A DNA stretch of 64,000 bases from Bugula neritina (lineage: Eukaryota; Animalia; Bryozoa): positions 124,001 to 188,000 of the forward strand of contig OZ037773.1 in assembly GCA_964035545.1 (NCBI GenBank). The letters are read 5' to 3'. Every line of letters starts with the position of its first letter. The first letter of the stretch is position 1. Both the position numbers and the translations under genes were made by a program. Shown piece after piece: positions 59,052-64,000 of the stretch. The notes under the pieces were generated by a model. The model was given only the letters and a program-made list of their open reading frames with translations. It was not told where the DNA came from and did not search any database.

Positions 59052-60802
59052 CTTAACTGTGATATATCTCCATCTTCTCTTACTAACTGTGATGTATCCC
59101 CATCTTATGTACTATTATTATATTTTGCACTTTTCCCTGTCAATAGACTATCTACTGGGATTATCTTTACAGCAATTCTAGTTAACTATACAGACTAACT
59201 ACTATGCTGTTTTTTCTACCATAAAGTTTGGTTTTCAGTCAGCTTGCCGGCCAGTAATGCTACCAAATCCGAGACTATTCGAAAAAGTTATTTACAAAAT
59301 GGGACACATGTCATTCGACTTAATGTAGTGCACATAGCAGGAAATTAGGACCAAAAGTTGAAGTTAGCTCAAAACTCATGAATATTTCCTATATAAGTAA
59401 CTTTATGTATAGCATAAAAGGCTGGGAGGAGATTCTTCAACATCATCAGTACCAGTAGTGCCGTATCAGTTAGGCTATCACTGAAATGGTGTTGGCTACT
59501 GAATCATTCTAATTTAAACTTACTCACATTCACAACTATTTTAGACCTGACTGATTTTTGAATGACTCACTCCAAACTAGGCCATGTTGAATATGGGCAC
59601 CTTTAAATCTTCCCTGGACTAAAATTATCTATTTGTCAAATGTTTATTTTCGAGTTTTCCATTGGCTATTTGTCTATTTCCACGAGTGTCCATCTTTAAG
59701 TGACTTTTTCTAAAGTGTATATCATGGCTAACTCACGTGTTAGGAGTTCAAACTAACCCATTCCCCAACTCACAGCTTCGAGTTAATAATTTCATGTCTT
59801 AAGACAATACTGCTCTTAGACAGCATTGTCCTAAGACAGTTCCAACTGCCTGAAAACCAGACTTGAATGATTACAGTGACTACATTTATGTTTGTGTGTT
59901 CCTCCACTGCATGCATGTTGCCAACACCAAACGCTTCTTCTCTCTGTAACCTCTAAGCATGCTACCTGTGTTCTGACTAGCAGATGTTGTTTGTGTTGTG
60001 TTATTGTTTCTTTCTGTTAACTCTGGCATGTGTTGTTTATGAGTAGCAACCTGGCCCCTAAACCTGTGTACACCTCTGGTGGTGCTAAGAAAGACAAACG
60101 AATCAACGGCAACAGACATTGTAAGTTCTAATCTAAATATACGAGTTTTTGGCTGAGGTTATGTCTGTTTGTCACATTAAGTTGAGGTGTGTTACAAGTC
60201 ACTTGAAGCTAATACTTGTAGCATGTATGTAAATCAAGTCAAATGTATTTCACTGCCTTCAGTAGCAAGCAGAGAGAGTTTAGGTGGACACCAGATCCTC
60301 TCTATTATGTTACACTTTGTTGCATAGCAACATAACCTGATCACGTGCCATCTCCTGTCACTTCAACATATCAGGAAGTTAATCTTCATAACTTGTCAGG
60401 TCGTGTCACCTAAGAACAGTACTCTGAATGCTTCACTTTCACCTCAAGTGAATTATTTGCTGGAATACATTTGGTAATTGATGAGGAAGTGTCATTGTTC
60501 TTGAGCTATGGTGAAGGTGCACCTATCATAGCATCCACTAACTAGCTACTGTTCATGACACTTAGTTGGGGCACTTTTATATTGCCTACTCCATTGTATG
60601 TTGGTCCCAACTGTATTAGTTGCTCACAAATCAGTTGCTGTCAGGCTCATTCAACTAGCGCTAGCCCAAACATTCAACTGCTTTATTTTTTGCTAGGACA
60701 AGCTTGTATAGTTTGAGCAATAGCTATGGTTATTCCTACATCTTATCTGTGTGGTTGTAGTTATTTACTAACAAATATACTCCCAGCTATCTTTAAAGTG
60801 AA

Positions 60803-62946
60803 GTAGTACTGTGAGCTAGTTGATTGTACTGTGTGCTAGTAGTACTGTGTGTTAGTTAGTAGTACTGTGTGTTAGTTAGTAGTACTGTGTGCTAGTTAGT
60901 AGTACTGTGTGCTAGTTAGTAGTACTGTGTGCTAGTAGTACTGTGTGCTGGTTAGTAGTACTGCGTGCTAGTTAGTAGTACTGTGTGCTGGTTAGTAGTA
61001 CTGTGTGCTAGCTAGTAGTACTGTGTGCTAGTTAGTAGTACTGTGTGCTAGTTAGTAGTACTGTGTGCTAGTTAGTAGTACTGTGTGCTAGTTAGTAGTA
61101 CTGTGTGCTAGTAGTACTGTGTGCTAGTAGTACTGTGTGCTAGTTAGTAGTACTGTGTGCTAGTTAGTAGTACTGTGTGCTAGTTAGTAGTACTGCGTGC
61201 TAGTTAGTAGTACTGTGTGCTAGTTAGTTGTACTGTGTGCTAGTTAGTAGTACTGTGTGCTAGTTAGTAGTACTGTGTGCTAGTAGTACTGTGTGCTAGT
61301 AGTACTGTGTGCTAGTTAGTAGTACTGTGTGCTAGTTAGTAGTACTGTGTGCTAGTTAGTAGTACTGTATGTTAGTTAGTAGTACTGTGTGCTAGTTAGT
61401 AGTACTGTGTGCTAGTTAGTAGTACTGTGTGCTAGTTAGTAGTACTGTGTGCTAGTTAGTAGTACTGTGTGCTAGTAGTACTGTGTGCTAGTTAGTAGTA
61501 CTGTGTGCTAGTTAGTAGTACTGTGTGCTAGTAGTACTGTGTGCTAGTAGTACTGTGTGCTAGTTAGTAGTACTGTGTGCTAGTTAGTAGTACTGTGTGT
61601 TAGTTAGTAGTACTGTGTGTTAGTTAGTAGTACTGTGTGCTAGTTAGTAGTACTGTGTGCTAGTTAGTAGTACTGTGTGCTAGTTAGTAGTACTGTGTGC
61701 TAGTTAGTAGTACTGTGTGCTAGTTAGTAGTACTGTGTGCTAGTAGTACTGTGTGCTAGTAGTACTGTGTGCTAGTTAGTAGTACTGTGTGCTAGTTAGT
61801 AGTACTGTGTGTTAGTTAGTAGTACTGTGTGTTAGTTAGTAGTACTGTGTGCTAGTTAGTAGTACTGTGTGCTAGTTAGTTGTACTGTGTGCTAGTTAGT
61901 AGTACTGTGTGCTAGTAGTACTGTGTGCTAGTAGTACTGTGTGCTAGTAGTACTGCGTGCTGGTTAGTAGTACTGTGTGCTAGTTAGTAGTACTGTGTGT
62001 TAGTTAGTAGTACTGTGTGCTAGGTAGTAGTACTGTGTGCTAGTTAGTAGTACTGCGTGCTAGTTAGTAGTACTGTGTGCTAGTTAGTTGTACTGTGTGC
62101 TAGTTAGTAGTACTGTGTGCTAGTTAGTAGTACTGTGTGCTAGTAGTACTGTGTGCTAGTAGTACTGTGTGCTAGTTAGTAGTACTGTGTGCTAGTTAGT
62201 AGTACTGTGTGCTAGTTAGTAGTACTGTATGTTAGTTAGTAGTACTGTGTGCTAGTTAGTAGTACTGTGTGCTAGTTAGTAGTACTGTGTGCTAGTTAGT
62301 AGTACTGTGTGCTAGTTAGTAGTACTGTGTGCTAGTAGTACTGTGTGCTAGTTAGTAGTACTGTGTGCTAGTTAGTAGTACTGTGTGCTAGTAGTACTGT
62401 GTGCTAGTAGTACTGTGTGCTAGTTAGTAGTACTGTGTGCTAGTTAGTAGTACTGTGTGTTAGTTAGTAGTACTGTGTGTTAGTTAGTAGTACTGTGTGC
62501 TAGTTAGTAGTACTGTGTGCTAGTTAGTAGTACTGTGTGCTAGTTAGTAGTACTGTGTGCTAGTTAGTAGTACTGTGTGCTAGTTAGTAGTACTGTGTGC
62601 TAGTAGTACTGTGTGCTAGTAGTACTGTGTGCTAGTTAGTAGTACTGTGTGCTAGTTAGTAGTACTGTGTGTTAGTTAGTAGTACTGTGTGTTAGTTAGT
62701 AGTACTGTGTGCTAGTTAGTAGTACTGTGTGCTAGTTAGTTGTACTGTGTGCTAGTTAGTAGTACTGTGTGCTAGTAGTACTGTGTGCTAGTAGTACTGT
62801 GTGCTAGTAGTACTGCGTGCTGGTTAGTAGTACTGTGTGCTAGTTAGTAGTACTGTGTGTTAGTTAGTAGTACTGTGTGCTAGGTAGTAGTACTGTGTGC
62901 TAGTTAGTAGTACTGTGTGTTAGTTAGTAGTACTGTGTGCTAGTTG
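60803..62946. repeat. Minisatellite of 20-bp units (TAGTACTGTGTGCTAGTTAG) and 16-bp variants, with an 860-bp higher-order repeat
   Basis: Directly visible tandem array; rare variants recur at 860-bp spacing. Confidence 0.95.
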
Positions 62947-64000
62947 ATTGTGAGACTAGCTGTTCAGCTATGCCAGGGTCTAACTTGGTTAAAATGATAG
63001 AAGGAAACTCTTATATGGGAAAGATAAGCTAAGTTTCATTAAACGTTTATATTGACATGTGTTGCTCTCAACATCAGTATCGTAAACTCCCCTTTCCCCA
63101 CTCGAAATAGTGAGGTATAAGTTTAATATGGTAAGTGATAGAGCATATGTGTGTGCAGATTTATTCTATTTTAAACACCACATCTCATAGTTAGATAATT
63201 CAGTTGGTGCTGTAGAGCTTTCAAATGCTATCTGGAGCAATTTAATTTTATTCATCCCCCCCCCTCCCCTTTAGTGTTTTAGCTCACCTCTGATAATCAG
63301 CCATTATGATGGGTTTGCTGTACATAGTTACTCAAAGCTCAGCATTTCCGACTATAATCAGCTATAATATGCATTGCATAGCTGGTTTAGTGAGGGAATA
63401 TGCTATGCCTGTGCCGTACTAACTTGGCAACCTACACAGTCCATAACTAGGCTCGTGATTGATGGCCTTTACAACATACTCCGGTGTAGCCTCACTATGA
63501 TAGCAGATAGTATTCTACCAACTATCGCACTAGGTGTTGCCCATCTCCGAATACAGCTTGAAGAGAAATTCATTGGCCCAATGTAGTTGATTTCGGAAGA
63601 TATTGTCTGCTGGCTCTTTCTGTTACACCAGGCCACATTGCTTAACCCCCTAGGGCCTAGACACACTGCTTGGCACATGACATCCTAAACTCATAGGGAC
63701 AGCCTACTCTGTAGGCTATGCTGTGTAGAGCAAGTTGAAGGATGCTAAGTCATGTTTTATTGATCAAATAGGGAGGAATGTTTCAACAGGAGTAGTTTAT
63801 TTATTCAGTGTGTTTTAGTAACAAGTAGGTCACGTGACTCCATAGTTTAGCATGTAATCAGGGACTAACGTGCTACACTTACATGTACATGTAGCCTGTT
63901 TTACACAATAATATAACAACCTTCTACAAAATATCATAGATTCCCACTTCCTCTCCTTAACTTCTTGCTCTCCTGGTTTTCAGTCTATACAGCTATCTGC

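Noticed and set aside
60803-62946. CRISPR-like or telomeric array
   Set aside because: There are no unique spacers, the context is eukaryotic, and the unit is not a TTAGG/TTAGGG repeat.
59886-63678. Short ORFs at 59886-60119 and 63374-63678
   Set aside because: No recognisable motif; possibly very old TE remnants.

Overview
AT-rich eukaryotic (probably invertebrate) genomic DNA, dense in transposable elements. It holds five Ty3/Gypsy-type LTR retrotransposon copies (A-E), an older Gypsy remnant and several solo or partial LTRs. The copies share a tRNA-Leu primer-binding site and insert mostly at ATAT. Two related families (B and A/D/E) keep gag and long open pol-derived ORFs (protease plus integrase zinc-binding domain) but have lost RT, RNase H and the integrase catalytic core through in-frame deletions. 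They also carry a third, intron-containing gene for a zinc-finger/coiled-coil protein. Other contents are a CR1/L2-like LINE with intact ORF2 whose PHD-type ORF1 is interrupted by a TTAA-flanked Kolobok-like element, many MITEs, and a 2.1 kb minisatellite. The only clear host genes are a tandemly duplicated pair of 7-exon three-Ig-domain type I membrane receptor genes (about 21.7-27.7 kb and 51.6-58.1 kb). Their differences cluster in the N-terminal Ig domain, and one copy has a stop codon right after the transmembrane helix. All calls come from reading the sequence by eye; no database searches were run.
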